DNA of 63,522 nt, the filler included, from Thermodesulfobacteriota bacterium (GTDB lineage Bacteria; DASVDK01): assembly GCA_036381125.1 (NCBI GenBank). It is 4 parts of 4 records of this genome, joined end to end, with 100 filler letters (N's around TTAATTAATTAA, not from the genome) between each part and the next. Parts side by side here need not be neighbours in the genome. Positions count along the whole stretch, not along the records: positions 29,499 to 46,337 come from DASVDK010000227.1; positions 46,438 to 61,414 come from DASVDK010000232.1; 2 more parts are not named here. One strand, given 5' to 3'. Shown here piece by piece: positions 39,381-49,735 of this stretch (positions within the stretch are counted from its first letter, which is position 1; each line of letters begins with the position of its first letter). The position numbers and the translations under genes are program-made. Below the pieces are notes generated by a model. That model searched no databases, had not been told where the DNA came from, and saw only the letters and a list, made by a program, of their open reading frames with translations.

Positions 39381-41710
39381 GCGACCTGCCGCAGGCGCAC
39401 GGCGGCGTCGGACCGCCTCCCCCCGCACTCGAGCCGACCCGGGTCTACGCGTACGCGCCCGATCAGGACGAGGCGCACCTCCGGGACTACTGGCGCGTCC
39501 TCGTGCGCCACCGCTGGACGGTCGTCACGGTCTTCGTCGCCACCGTGCTCACGGCGACCATCTGGACCTTCACGACGAAGCCGATCTACACCGGCACGGC
39601 GACGCTCCGCATCGAGCGCGAGTCGCCGAAGGTCCTCAAGTTCGAGGAGGTCGTCCAGTCGGACCCCGAGGACGACTACTACCAGACCCAGTACCGGATC
39701 CTCCAGTCGCGGACGATCGCCAACCGGGTGATCGGCATGCTCGCGCTCGACCAGCACCCGGAGTTCCAGAACACGGAGCCGAGGAGCCTCCTCGCGGGAA
39801 CCATGGCGTGGGCGCGCGAGACGCTCGTCCGGTTCCTGCCGATGCCGCCCCCGCCGCCGCCGGAGGGCGCGGAGGACCTGGTCCAGGAGTCCCCGCTCAC
39901 GCGCGCCTTCCTCGAGCGGCTCACCGTCCGGCCGGTCCGCAACGCGCGCCTGGTGGAGGTGAGCTTCGAGAGCGAGCACCCGGAGCTGGCCGCCCGCGTG
40001 GCCAACACGATCGCCGACGCGTTCATCGCCCAGAACCTCGACCTCAAGGTCGAGGCGACCCGCTCGGCGAGCCAGTTCCTCGCGCGCCAGCTCGACGAGG
40101 CGCGGGTCAAGCTCGAGGACGCCGAAGCGCAGCTCACCGCCTTCCTCCAGCAGAACGAGATCCTCTTCCTGGGCGCCGAGGGGCGAGGCGGGGAGCGGCA
40201 GGACCTCGTCACGCAGCAGCTCGCCGTCCTCTCCGACGCCCTCATGAAGGCCAGGGCGACGCGGATCGAGAAGGAGGGCGCCTTCGCCCAGGCGCGCGGC
40301 AACGTCGAGGCGCTGCCGGCCGTGCTGAGCAACCCCGTCGTCGGCACCCTCAAGGACCAGCTCGTGAAGCTCGAGGGGGAGTACCGGCGGCTCGGCGAGG
40401 TCTTCAAGCCCGACTACCCGCGCATGCGCCGCATCGAGCGGAACATCGCGGAGGTCCGCCGCCAGCTCGCCGTCGAGACCGGCAAGATCGTCGACTCGCT
40501 CGAGGCCGACTACCGGGCCGCGCTCAGGACCGAGCAGGAGATCCAGCGCGCCGTCGACGCGCAGCGCGCCCTCGTGCTCCAGCTCGGCACCCAGATGGCC
40601 CAGTACCGGCTCCTCAGGCGGGAGGTCGACACCGCGCAGGGCCTCTACACGTCGCTCCTCACGCGCCTGAAGGAGACGAGCGTCGCCGCCTCGCTCCTCG
40701 TCTCGAACATCAGCATCGTCGACCGGGCCGAGGTCCCGCTCCGGCCCTCGCGGCCGCGCAAGGCGCTGAACCTGCTCCTCGCCTGCGCCGTGGGGCTCTT
40801 CGGCGGCGTCGGCCTCGCCTTCTTCCGCGAGTACCTCGACACCACCATCAAGGACGCCCGCGAGGTCGAGTCGACGCTCAGGCTGCCGACCCTGGCCGTG
40901 GTCCCCGCGCTCGAGACGGTGGAGCGCCAGCGGGCGAGGCGTCGGGCCCTCGCCAACGGCGAGACCGGGCCCTTCGCCCTCGTCGCCCACAACGACGCGG
41001 GGTCGATCCTCACGGAGGCGTTCAGGAACTTCCGCACGAGCCTCCTCTACTCGTCGCCGGACCATCCGCCGCGGACGATCCTCTTCACCTCGCTGCAGCC
41101 GGCGGACGGCAAGACGTCGCTCGCCACCAACCTCGCCATCGTCCTCGGCCAGCTCGGCGCGGGCGACGTCCTCCTAGTGGACGGCGACATGCGCAAGCCG
41201 AGGCTGCACGAGGTCCTCGACGTGCCGCAGACGCCGGGGCTGTCGACCTTCCTCACCGGGCAGGCGTCGCTCGAGGAGGTCGTCAAGCCGACCCGGATCC
41301 CGAACCTCTTCGTGATCCCGTCCGGCCAGGTCCCGCTGAACCCCGCCGAGCTGCTCTCCTCGTCGCGGGCGCGGAGCGTGCTCGACGACCTCGGCCGGCG
41401 CTTCGCGCACGTCGTCCTCGACGCGCCGCCGCTCTTCGGCGTCGCCGACGCCATGGTGCTGGCGCCGAAGGTCGAGGGGGTGATCCTGGTGCTCCGGCAC
41501 GGCCGGTCGAGCCGCGACGCCGCGCAACGCGCCGTCGCCAACCTCGCCGGCGTTCGCGCCCGCCTGCTCGGCGTGATCCTGAACGACGTGGACGTGAAGG
41601 GCGCCGGCTACTACTACCAGTACTACGGCGCCTACGGGTACGGCGGCTACGGGTACGGCGGCTACGCGGCCGCCGGCCCGACGGCGAGCCGATCCGGGCA
41701 GGGCGACTAG
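39377..41710 (+). CDS. wzc: Polysaccharide co-polymerase/tyrosine autokinase (Wzc)
   Basis: Two TMs with a coiled coil; Walker A DGKTS; VDGDMRKP; LDAPP; C-terminal Tyr cluster YYYQYYGAYGYGGYGYGGY. Confidence 0.92.
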   Translation: MSDLPQAHGGVGPPPPALEPTRVYAYAPDQDEAHLRDYWRVLVRHRWTVVTVFVATVLTATIWTFTTKPIYTGTATLRIERESPKVLKFEEVVQSDPEDDYYQTQYRILQSRTIANRVIGMLALDQHPEFQNTEPRSLLAGTMAWARETLVRFLPMPPPPPPEGAEDLVQESPLTRAFLERLTVRPVRNARLVEVSFESEHPELAARVANTIADAFIAQNLDLKVEATRSASQFLARQLDEARVKLEDAEAQLTAFLQQNEILFLGAEGRGGERQDLVTQQLAVLSDALMKARATRIEKEGAFAQARGNVEALPAVLSNPVVGTLKDQLVKLEGEYRRLGEVFKPDYPRMRRIERNIAEVRRQLAVETGKIVDSLEADYRAALRTEQEIQRAVDAQRALVLQLGTQMAQYRLLRREVDTAQGLYTSLLTRLKETSVAASLLVSNISIVDRAEVPLRPSRPRKALNLLLACAVGLFGGVGLAFFREYLDTTIKDAREVESTLRLPTLAVVPALETVERQRARRRALANGETGPFALVAHNDAGSILTEAFRNFRTSLLYSSPDHPPRTILFTSLQPADGKTSLATNLAIVLGQLGAGDVLLVDGDMRKPRLHEVLDVPQTPGLSTFLTGQASLEEVVKPTRIPNLFVIPSGQVPLNPAELLSSSRARSVLDDLGRRFAHVVLDAPPLFGVADAMVLAPKVEGVILVLRHGRSSRDAAQRAVANLAGVRARLLGVILNDVDVKGAGYYYQYYGAYGYGGYGYGGYAAAGPTASRSGQGD

Positions 41711-41715
41711 CGCCC

Positions 41716-42993
41716 GTGCGAACCCTCCTCGTCCGTCTCGACTCCCGGCCGCGACGAGCGGCGGCGCTGGTCCTCCTCCTCGGGCTCCTGGCGGTGGTCG
41801 GCGCCCGGGTGATCCGGCAGGCGGCCGCGTCGGTCATCGCCGCCCTGGCGTCGGGCCCGGCCGACCTCGAGCGGGCGATCGCCCTCGACCCGGGCAACCC
41901 CGACCTCAGGCTCAGGGCCGCGGACATGTACGCGAACGCCTTCGGCGAGGCCGACGTCTCGCGCGCGCGGGCGCACCTCGAGGCGGCGCTCCTCGAGCGG
42001 CCGACCCACGGCGCGGCCTGGCTCCGCCTGGCGGCGGTCGAGGACCACCTGGGCCGCGCCGAGGCGGCCGAGGCCGCCCTTGGCCGGGCGCTGGCCTACG
42101 ACCCCCACAGCGTGTCCCTGCGGTGGGAGGCGGCGCTGCTCGCGCTGCGCCGCGGGGACTCGCCCCTCGCGCTCGAGAACTTCCGCTACGTCCTCACGTA
42201 CGACCCCTCGCGCCGCGACGCGGCGTTCCAGCTCGCGCGCTCGCTCCTCGCGCCCGACGAGCCGGTCTCGTCGCTCTTCCCCGACGACGCCGACGTCCTC
42301 CGGGCGATCCTCGAGATGGCCGTCCGCGACGGGGACGTCGACCTGTCGAAGGCGGTGTGGGAGCGTCGCGTCGCGATGAACCCGCCGCTCGCGCCCGAGC
42401 TGCAGCGCCGCTTCCTCGACCTCCTCCTCGAGCAAGGCGAGGGGCGCACCGCCCGCCGGCTCTGGGCGGCGATGGCGCCGGTCACCGGCCGGCCGGAGGC
42501 GTCCGACCTGGTCTGGAACGGCGGCTTCGAGCAGGGGCAGCTCCTCGGGTGGGGCTTCGACTGGCAGGTGCGGCGCGTCTGGGGCGTCGAGGTCCGCATC
42601 GACGGCTCGCAGGCGGCAAGCGGGCGCCAGTCGCTCCGCCTCGCCTTCAACGCCTTTCCGACGCTCGACTTCGACGGGGTCTCCCAGCTCGTGCCGGTCG
42701 AGGAGGGCCGCTCGTACCGCCTGAGCGCCCTCGTCCGGGCGCAGGACTTCGTCACGCGGTCGGGCCTCAAGCTCCAGGTGCTGGCCCACGACCGGGACGA
42801 GGTGCTGGGCGAGACGGCGCCGGTGTCCGGCACGACGGAGGGCTGGGTCCCGCTCGACGCCGAGGTCGAGGTGCCTCCCGACGTGACCCTCGTGCGGATC
42901 CGGCTCAGGCGCGAGCGCGCGCCCGGCCCCGAGGGGAACCTCGGCGGCAAGGTCTGGGTGGACGACGTCAGTCTCACCCCGCTTGCAGGGTGA
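41716..42993 (+). CDS. Membrane-anchored TPR protein with a C-terminal carbohydrate-binding-like domain
   Basis: N-terminal TM; RAIALDPGNP TPR-like repeats; LVWNGGFE..GFDW..KVWVDDVSL CBM4/9-like sandwich. Confidence 0.7.
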   Translation: MRTLLVRLDSRPRRAAALVLLLGLLAVVGARVIRQAAASVIAALASGPADLERAIALDPGNPDLRLRAADMYANAFGEADVSRARAHLEAALLERPTHGAAWLRLAAVEDHLGRAEAAEAALGRALAYDPHSVSLRWEAALLALRRGDSPLALENFRYVLTYDPSRRDAAFQLARSLLAPDEPVSSLFPDDADVLRAILEMAVRDGDVDLSKAVWERRVAMNPPLAPELQRRFLDLLLEQGEGRTARRLWAAMAPVTGRPEASDLVWNGGFEQGQLLGWGFDWQVRRVWGVEVRIDGSQAASGRQSLRLAFNAFPTLDFDGVSQLVPVEEGRSYRLSALVRAQDFVTRSGLKLQVLAHDRDEVLGETAPVSGTTEGWVPLDAEVEVPPDVTLVRIRLRRERAPGPEGNLGGKVWVDDVSLTPLAG

Positions 42994-42997
42994 GCCG

Positions 42998-45900
42998 ATG
43001 AGCTGGGCGGATCGCGTCGTCGAGGGGACGGTCCTCTTCCTCCTGGTCTTCACGCCGCTCGCCTTCGGGACCGTGCAGCCCTGGTCCGAGGCGGTGGCGG
43101 TGCTGGCCGTCCTGGTCGCCGCCGCGGCCTGGATCGTCCGGATGTCGCGTGACTGGGAGCTGCGCGTCGAGCTGCCGCCCGGGTGGCTGCCGGCGGCGCT
43201 CTTCTTCGCCCTGGTCCTCTCGCAGCTCGTGCCGCTGCCGTTGCCGCTACTCGGTCTCGTCTCGCCGATCGCCGGCGAGGCCAGGTCGGCGGCCGGCGAG
43301 ACCGTGGGGGCGTCGGCGTGGGCGTTCGGCCCGATCTCGCTCGCCGCCTCGGAGACGGCGCGGCAGGGGATCAAGCTCTTCGCCGTCGCGCTCCTCTTCC
43401 TCGCCTACTACAACACCTGCCGCAGCCGCGAGCAGGCGAGCCGGGCGATCTGGACGATGATCCTCGTCGGCTCGTCGATCGCCGTCTTCGGGCTCGTGCA
43501 GCGCTTCACCTGGAACGGCTACCTCTACTGGGTCGGCCCCGAGTCGCCGCGGGCGAGCGCCTTCGGCCCGTTCGTGAACCGGGCGCACTTCGCCGGGCTC
43601 ATGGTCATCGTCGTGCCGGTCGCCATGGCGTTCGTCCTCGCGTCGGCCGCGGATCGGCGGCGGCGCGACCACCACGAGACGCTCCTCGACCGGATCCGCG
43701 CCTGGAACTCGAGGGAGAGCGGTCCGATCCGGCTCGTCCCCTTCCTGATCCTGGTCATGGGGGGCGCGGCGCTCGTGGCCGGGTCCCGGGGCGGCGTCGT
43801 GAGCCTCGCGGCGGCGCTCCTCAGCATGATCGCGCTCGGCGTGCGGCCGCGCTCCGGCGTCAGGCGCAGGGCGCGCCTGGCGATCACCGCGGCGCTCGTC
43901 ATCCTGGCCGGCGTCTGGATCGGCGGCGACATCCTCTTCGGCACCCTCGAGCGGCTCGCGGACGAGGTCGGCCGGCCGGCCGAGAGCCCGCGCCTCCACA
44001 TCTGGTCGGACGCCCTCGCGCTCTGGCGCGGCTCGCCGCTCGTCGGGACGGGGCTCGCGAGCTTCGGCGCGGTCTTCCCGCTCGTCCGGACGCTCCCCGC
44101 GCCGGTCGCCTTCACGCACGGCGAGAGCGACTGGGTCCAGCTCTTCACCGACACCGGCCTCGTGGGGCTCGGGCTCGCCCTCTGGGCCGTCTTCGCCCTC
44201 GGCCGCACGCTCCTCGGGGCCCTCGGCCGGGCCAGGAGCTCGCGCGGCCGCGCCTTCGCGCTCGCCGGGTTCGTGGTGCTCCTCGGCACCGCCGTCCAGG
44301 GCATCGGCAACTACAACCTGCCGGTGATGTCGAACTTCGTCTACCTCGGCGTGGCGCTCGTCGTGACGATGCGGCGGTGGAACGCCGCGGAGTCGGCGGC
44401 CGAGCGGCGGCCGGGCGGATCGCTCCCGGAGCCGCAGGCCGCCGCGCCGGCGCCTGCCGCGAGTTCCGGACCGGACGGGCTCGCGACGCTCCCCGGCGCG
44501 GGCGTCCTCCACTCGATCCGGCGGCACCGGGCGGCGGCCGCCCTTGCCGCGTACGGCGCGATCACCGGGCTCGCCTACGTCCTCGCGTACCTCCTCCGGT
44601 TCGACTTCGCCTGGCCGGAGACGCACACCGAGACCTTCGTCGCGAGCCTCCTTTTGCTCGTCGCCATCCGCCTCGTCTGCGCGCGGGCCTTCAAGCTCGC
44701 GACCGGGCGGTGGCGCTTCGTGAGCACGCACGACGTGCTCAACCTCGCGAGCAGCACGAGCGTCGGCGTCCTCGTCTTCTACGCCCTGGCCGAGGTCCTG
44801 CCGTTCGCACCTCCGGTGCCGCGATCGGTGATCCTCATCGAGTGGGTGCTGAACGTCCTCCTCACCGCCGGCCTGTGGCTCGCCTACCGGGTCGCCTTCG
44901 AGCAGGTGCGGTACCGGCAGACGGGCGGAGGGGCGAGGCAAAAGCGCGTCCTCATCGTCGGCGCCGGCGAGGCGGGCAACCTCCTGGCCCACGAGATGAT
45001 CCGCTTCCCGGTCGGCTACAGGCCGGTCGGCTTCGTCGACGACGACCGGACCAAGGCCGGCGCGAGCCTGCACGGCGTCGAGGTCCTCGGCGGGATCGGC
45101 GACCTCCCGAGGCTCGCCCGCGCGCTCCGCGCGGACGAGATCATCATCGCCACGCCGTCGGCGTCGCCCGAGCAGATGCGCCGCATCGTCGAGCGGTGCG
45201 AGGCGACGGAGCTGCCCTTCAAGGTCCTTCCGGGGATCGCCGAGGTCCTCGACGGCCACGTGCGGCTCAACCAGCTCCGCGAGGTGCAGATCGAGGACCT
45301 CCTCGGCCGCGAGCCGATCCAGCTCGAGCTGCCCAGGCTCGCCGAGGACCTGCGCGGCCGGACCGTCCTCATCACCGGCGCCGCCGGCTCCATCGGATCG
45401 GAGCTCTCGCGCCAGGTGGCGCTCCACCAGCCGGCCAGGCTCGTCCTCCTCGACCAGGCCGAGACCGACCTCTTCTACCTGGAGCGCGAGCTGCGCGAGC
45501 GGTTCCCGTCGGCCCTCCTCGTGGCCGTTGTTGGCGACATCACCGACCAGGCGACCGTCGAGCGGGTGCTCCGCGACCACCGGCCCGCACGGGTCTTCCA
45601 CGCGGCCGCCTACAAGCACGTCCCGATGATGGAGACGAACGTCCGCGAGGCGATCCGCAACAACGTCCTCGGCACCTCGTGCGTCGCCGACGCCGCCGGC
45701 CGGCACGGAGCGGAGACGTTCGTCCTCGTCAGCACCGACAAGGCCGTGCGCCCCACGAGCGTCATGGGCGCCACCAAGCGGCTCGCCGAGATGGTCGTCC
45801 TCGACCTCCAGCAGACGCATCCGGGGACCGCCTATGCGGCGGTGCGGTTCGGCAACGTCCTCGGCAGCGCCGGGAGCGTCATCCCGATCTTCAAGCGGCA

Positions 45901-46337
45901 GCTCGAGGAGGGGAGGCCGCTCACCGTCACGCACCCCGAGGCGACCCGGTACTTCATGACGATCCCCGAGGCCGTGCAGCTCATCCTGCAGGCGGCGCTC
46001 CTCCCCGAGATCCGGGGGCGGATCGCCATGCTCGAGATGGGCGAGCCGGTGCGGATCGTCGACCTGGCCAGGAGGATCCTCCGCCTCGCCGGCCGCGGAG
46101 GGCGGGGCGACGAGGGGATCGAGTTCACGGGGCTTCGGCCCGGCGAGAAGCTCCACGAGGAACTCGTCGCGCCGGACGAGAAGACCGCGCCGACCGCGAT
46201 CCCGAAGGTGCAACTGATCGTCACGCCGGCCGGGCAGGGGAGCGAGCTGCGCCGGCAACTCGCCACCCTGTCGCACCTCGTCGACGAGGGATCGGACGCC
46301 GATCTCGTCGCGGCCCTCAAGCGGATCTTCCCGGGCA
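42998..46337 (+). CDS. Fusion of an O-antigen ligase/Wzy_C family domain and a CapD/PglF-type UDP-sugar 4,6-dehydratase; 3' end runs into the gap
   Basis: N-half FGPFVNRAHFAG, GSRGG, GTGLASF, HGESDWVQ; C-half ITGAAGSIGSEL, HAAAYKHVP, STDKAV, MGATKR, RFGNVLGS; single open frame. Confidence 0.85.
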
Positions 46338-46437
46338 NNNNNNNNNNNNNNNNNNNNNNNNNNNNNNNNNNNNNNNNNNNNTTAATTAATTAANNNNNNN
46401 NNNNNNNNNNNNNNNNNNNNNNNNNNNNNNNNNNNNN
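46338..46437. other. Artificial contig spacer
   Basis: N-run with TTAATTAATTAA. Confidence 0.97.
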
Positions 46438-48601
46438 CCACGCGGTAGTCGAACTGCGCGCCCGCCCGTCGCTCCAGCTCGGCGAGCGCCTCCGCCTGCG
46501 ACATCGCCGGGCGGTAGGGACGCGGCGAGGTCATGGCGTCGAACGCGTCGGCGACCGACAGGATGCGGGTCGCGAGCGGGATCTGCGCGCCCGCGAGCCC
46601 CTCGGGATAGCCGCTGCCGTCGAGCCGCTCGTGATGCGAGAGGACCATCGCGCGCTCGACCTCGAAGCCGGGGACCGCCTCGAGGATCTTGGCGCCGAGC
46701 GTCGCGTGCGTGCGCGCGAGACGGGTCTCGGCTTCGGTGAGCGGGCCCGGCTTGCGGAAGAGATCGCCGGTGATCGCGAGGCGGCCGATGTCGTGCAGCC
46801 GCCCCGCCACCCGCAGCCGCGCGAGCTGCGGTTCCGGCACGAGCAGCTCGCGGCCGAGGGCGCACGCGAGGTCGGCCACGCGCCGGCCGTGGCCGTGGAA
46901 GCCGCTGCGCGCGTCCACCATGACGGCGATGGCCGAGGCCGCCAGCTCGAGGAAGCGCCGCTGCTCGCGCTCGAGACCGAGCCCCTCGCGCACGAAGTCC
47001 GCGATCGGCTCGGCCAGCGCGAGGACCACGTCGAGGTCGGCCTCCGTGAAGGCTTCGCGGCGGCGCGGGTTGGCCACGTGCAGCGTGCCGATGACCTCGT
47101 CGCGGGCGACGAGCGGCACCGCGAGGCAGGAGCGGCTCGTGTAGTCACCCGAGCCGTTGGGCCGGAAGCCCGGCATCGTGGCTGCCAGCGCCGCGATGTC
47201 CGGCGTGGCGAAGGCGCGCCGCGTGGCGGCGACGACCCCGGCCACGCCCTCGCCGAGCCGCACGCGAAACGTGGCCAGCACGGCCGGCGAGGCGCTCTGG
47301 CCGTGGGCGCTCTTGACGAGCAGCTCTCTGCGCGTCCGGTCGAGCACCATGAGCGAGGCCCGGCCGCCGCCGACGGCCTCCATCGCCATGCGGGAGAGGA
47401 GGTCGAGGAGCTGCCCGACGGTCGCGAAGGAGTTCACCGCCCGCATGACGAGGTCGTAGTCGATCGTGCCGGAGGCGTCGGCTGCGGGCGCCTCCTCGGG
47501 CGGAAGCTCGGCCGCCTGGACCACGCGGTTGCGGCCGAGCGCCTTCGCCCGGTAGAGCGCCAGGTCGGCCGCGTGCACCAGGTCGGCCCGTTCGCGCGCG
47601 TCGACCGGCGCCGTGGCGGTGCCGATCGAGATCGTGAGCCGCACGTCCGGCTCCGGCCCCGACCCGGGGAACCGGTGCCGCTCGACCGCCTCCGTGACGC
47701 GGCGTGCGAAGGTGAGGGCGCCGACCTCGTCGGTCTCCGGGAGGATCACCGCGAACTCCTCCCCCCCGAAGCGGCACGCGGTGTCGCCGCGCCGCGCCGC
47801 GTGCCCGAGGATGCGGGCCACGTCGCGCAGCGCCTGGTCGCCCGCGGCGTGCCCGTAGCGGTCGTTGTAGGCCTTGAAGTGGTCCACGTCCGCCATGAGG
47901 AGCGACAGCGGGCGCCTGGCGCGCAACCCCCGCGTCAGCTCGCGGGCGAGCGTCTCGTCGAAGTACCGCCGGTTGTAGAGGCCGGTGAGCTGATCGGTGG
48001 TGGCCAGGCGAGCGAGGAGGGCGCGGTCCTGGTGGCGGTGGAGGATCGCCTCGGCCTGGACCGCGAGGATCATGAGGAACCGGGCGTCCTCCGTCGAGAA
48101 GGCGCCGCGCCGCCGGGCGAACAGCTCGAGCGCGCCGCGCGGCTGCCCCGCCGCGAAGAGCGGGACCGAGAGGGCGGAGCCGGCCTCGAGGGGACCGAGG
48201 ACGAGCGCCGCCTCCGGATCGTCCGGCGACGGCAGCAGCATCGGCTGGCCGAGCCCGAGCGTCCACTCGGTGAGGCGCGTGCCCTCCGCGAGGGCGTCGT
48301 CGAGCGGCGCCTCGACGCCGCGCGTGACCGCGAGCGTGAGCCGCTCCCGGTCCTCGTCCCAGAGGTAGAGGAGCGCTCGGTCGAAGTGCACCATCTCGGC
48401 GGCCTGGTCGACGAGCACGTTCAGCGCCACGCCGAGGTCCATCTGCAGCGCGCCGAGGAGGCTCGCCCGAAGGAGCACGTTCACGTGTGCCACCCGCCGC
48501 CTGATGGCCTGGGGCGTCAGCTCCGGCGCCAGCGCCTGGGCGAAACGCCGCCCGGCGTCCAGACGGCCAGCCGCGCTGCGCGGGCGCACGTCCATGGACA
48601 T
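46438..48601 (-). CDS. GAF-GGDEF-GAF-HD-GYP c-di-GMP enzyme; C-terminus truncated by the gap
   Basis: DQLTGLYNRR; DVDHFKAYND; RRGD..RFGGEEF; LHDIG; HHERLDGSGYPEG. Confidence 0.92.
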
Positions 48602-48617
48602 GACGCACCGCATGCCG

Positions 48618-48633
48618 AGCAAGCGGTGTGCCA
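48618..48633 (-). promoter_or_regulatory. sigma54 (-24/-12) promoter
   Basis: Minus strand reads TGGCAC-ACCGC-TTGCT, matching the consensus. Confidence 0.7.
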
Positions 48634-48665
48634 GAGGCGGACCGGTCGTACCTGCCGCCGCTCGA

Positions 48666-48694
48666 TTGACACGTGCCGAGCAGGCACCAATAAT
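48666..48694 (+). promoter_or_regulatory. sigma70-type promoter for the epimerase/dehydrogenase genes
   Basis: TTGACA-17-AATAAT. Confidence 0.6.
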
Positions 48695-48778
48695 CCCCGA
48701 AGGCGCTTGCTCGGGGCGCCGGTTCGAGTGCGTGGAATCGGGTGCGCCGGCCGGAGCGCCGCGGAGAGGGAGGCACCG

Positions 48779-49735
48779 ATGGCGAAGACCCTCGTGACCG
48801 GCGGCGCCGGCTTCATCGGGTCGCATCTGGTCGAGGCGCTGCTCGCGGCCGGGCACGAGGTCGTCGTCGTCGACAACCTGTCCACCGGCGCCCTCGACAA
48901 CCTCCGGTCCGTCCGGGGCGCCATCCGGTTCGTCGAGGGCGACGTGCGGGACCAGGCCGCGCTGCGCCCCCTCCTCGCCGGCGTGTCGTGGGTCTTCCAC
49001 CTGGCCGCTCTCGCCTCGGTCCCCCGCTCGGTCGCCGACCCGTTCTCGAGCCACGACCACAACGCCACCGGGACGCTCGCCGCGCTCCTCGCCGCGCGCG
49101 ACGCGGGCGTCTCGCGATTCGTCTACTCGGCCTCCTCGTCGGCCTACGGCGACACCGAGACGCTGCCCAAGGTGGAGACGATGCCGGCCCGCCCGAGGTC
49201 GCCCTACGCCATCGGCAAGTACGTGGGCGAGCTGTACGCCGAGACGTTCCATCGCCTCTACGGGCTCGAGACGGTCTCGCTCCGATACTTCAACATCTTC
49301 GGCCCGCGTCAGACGCCCGACTCGCCGTACGCGGCCGTCATCCCGAAGTTCGTGACGGCGCTGCTCCGCGGCGAGTCGCCCGTCGTCCACGGCGACGGCC
49401 GGCAGACGCGAGACTTCACGTTCGTCGCCAACGCGGTCGCCGCCAACCTGAGAGCGGCCGAGGCGCCGGCCGACCGGGTCGCGGGGCGGGTCTTCAACGT
49501 CGGCTGCGGGGAGCGGACGAGCCTCCTCGATCTCCTCGACGAGCTCGCCTCGCTCACCGGGTCGCGCGTCGCGCCGCGCCACGTCGAGCCGCGTGCCGGC
49601 GACGTGCGCGACTCGCAGGCCGACATCGAGGCCGCGCGCCGCGCCCTCGGCTACGAGCCGTCGGTCGGCCTCCGGGACGGCCTCGCCCGCACGGTCGAGT
49701 GGTACCGGGAGACCGGAAGGGCGGCGACCCGATGA
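48779..49735 (+). CDS. NAD-dependent UDP-HexNAc(A) 4-epimerase (WbpP/TviC-like)
   Basis: TGGAGFIGSHL; SSSAYG; YAIGK; LRYFNIFGPRQ; GDGRQTRDF. Confidence 0.9.
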   Translation: MAKTLVTGGAGFIGSHLVEALLAAGHEVVVVDNLSTGALDNLRSVRGAIRFVEGDVRDQAALRPLLAGVSWVFHLAALASVPRSVADPFSSHDHNATGTLAALLAARDAGVSRFVYSASSSAYGDTETLPKVETMPARPRSPYAIGKYVGELYAETFHRLYGLETVSLRYFNIFGPRQTPDSPYAAVIPKFVTALLRGESPVVHGDGRQTRDFTFVANAVAANLRAAEAPADRVAGRVFNVGCGERTSLLDLLDELASLTGSRVAPRHVEPRAGDVRDSQADIEAARRALGYEPSVGLRDGLARTVEWYRETGRAATR

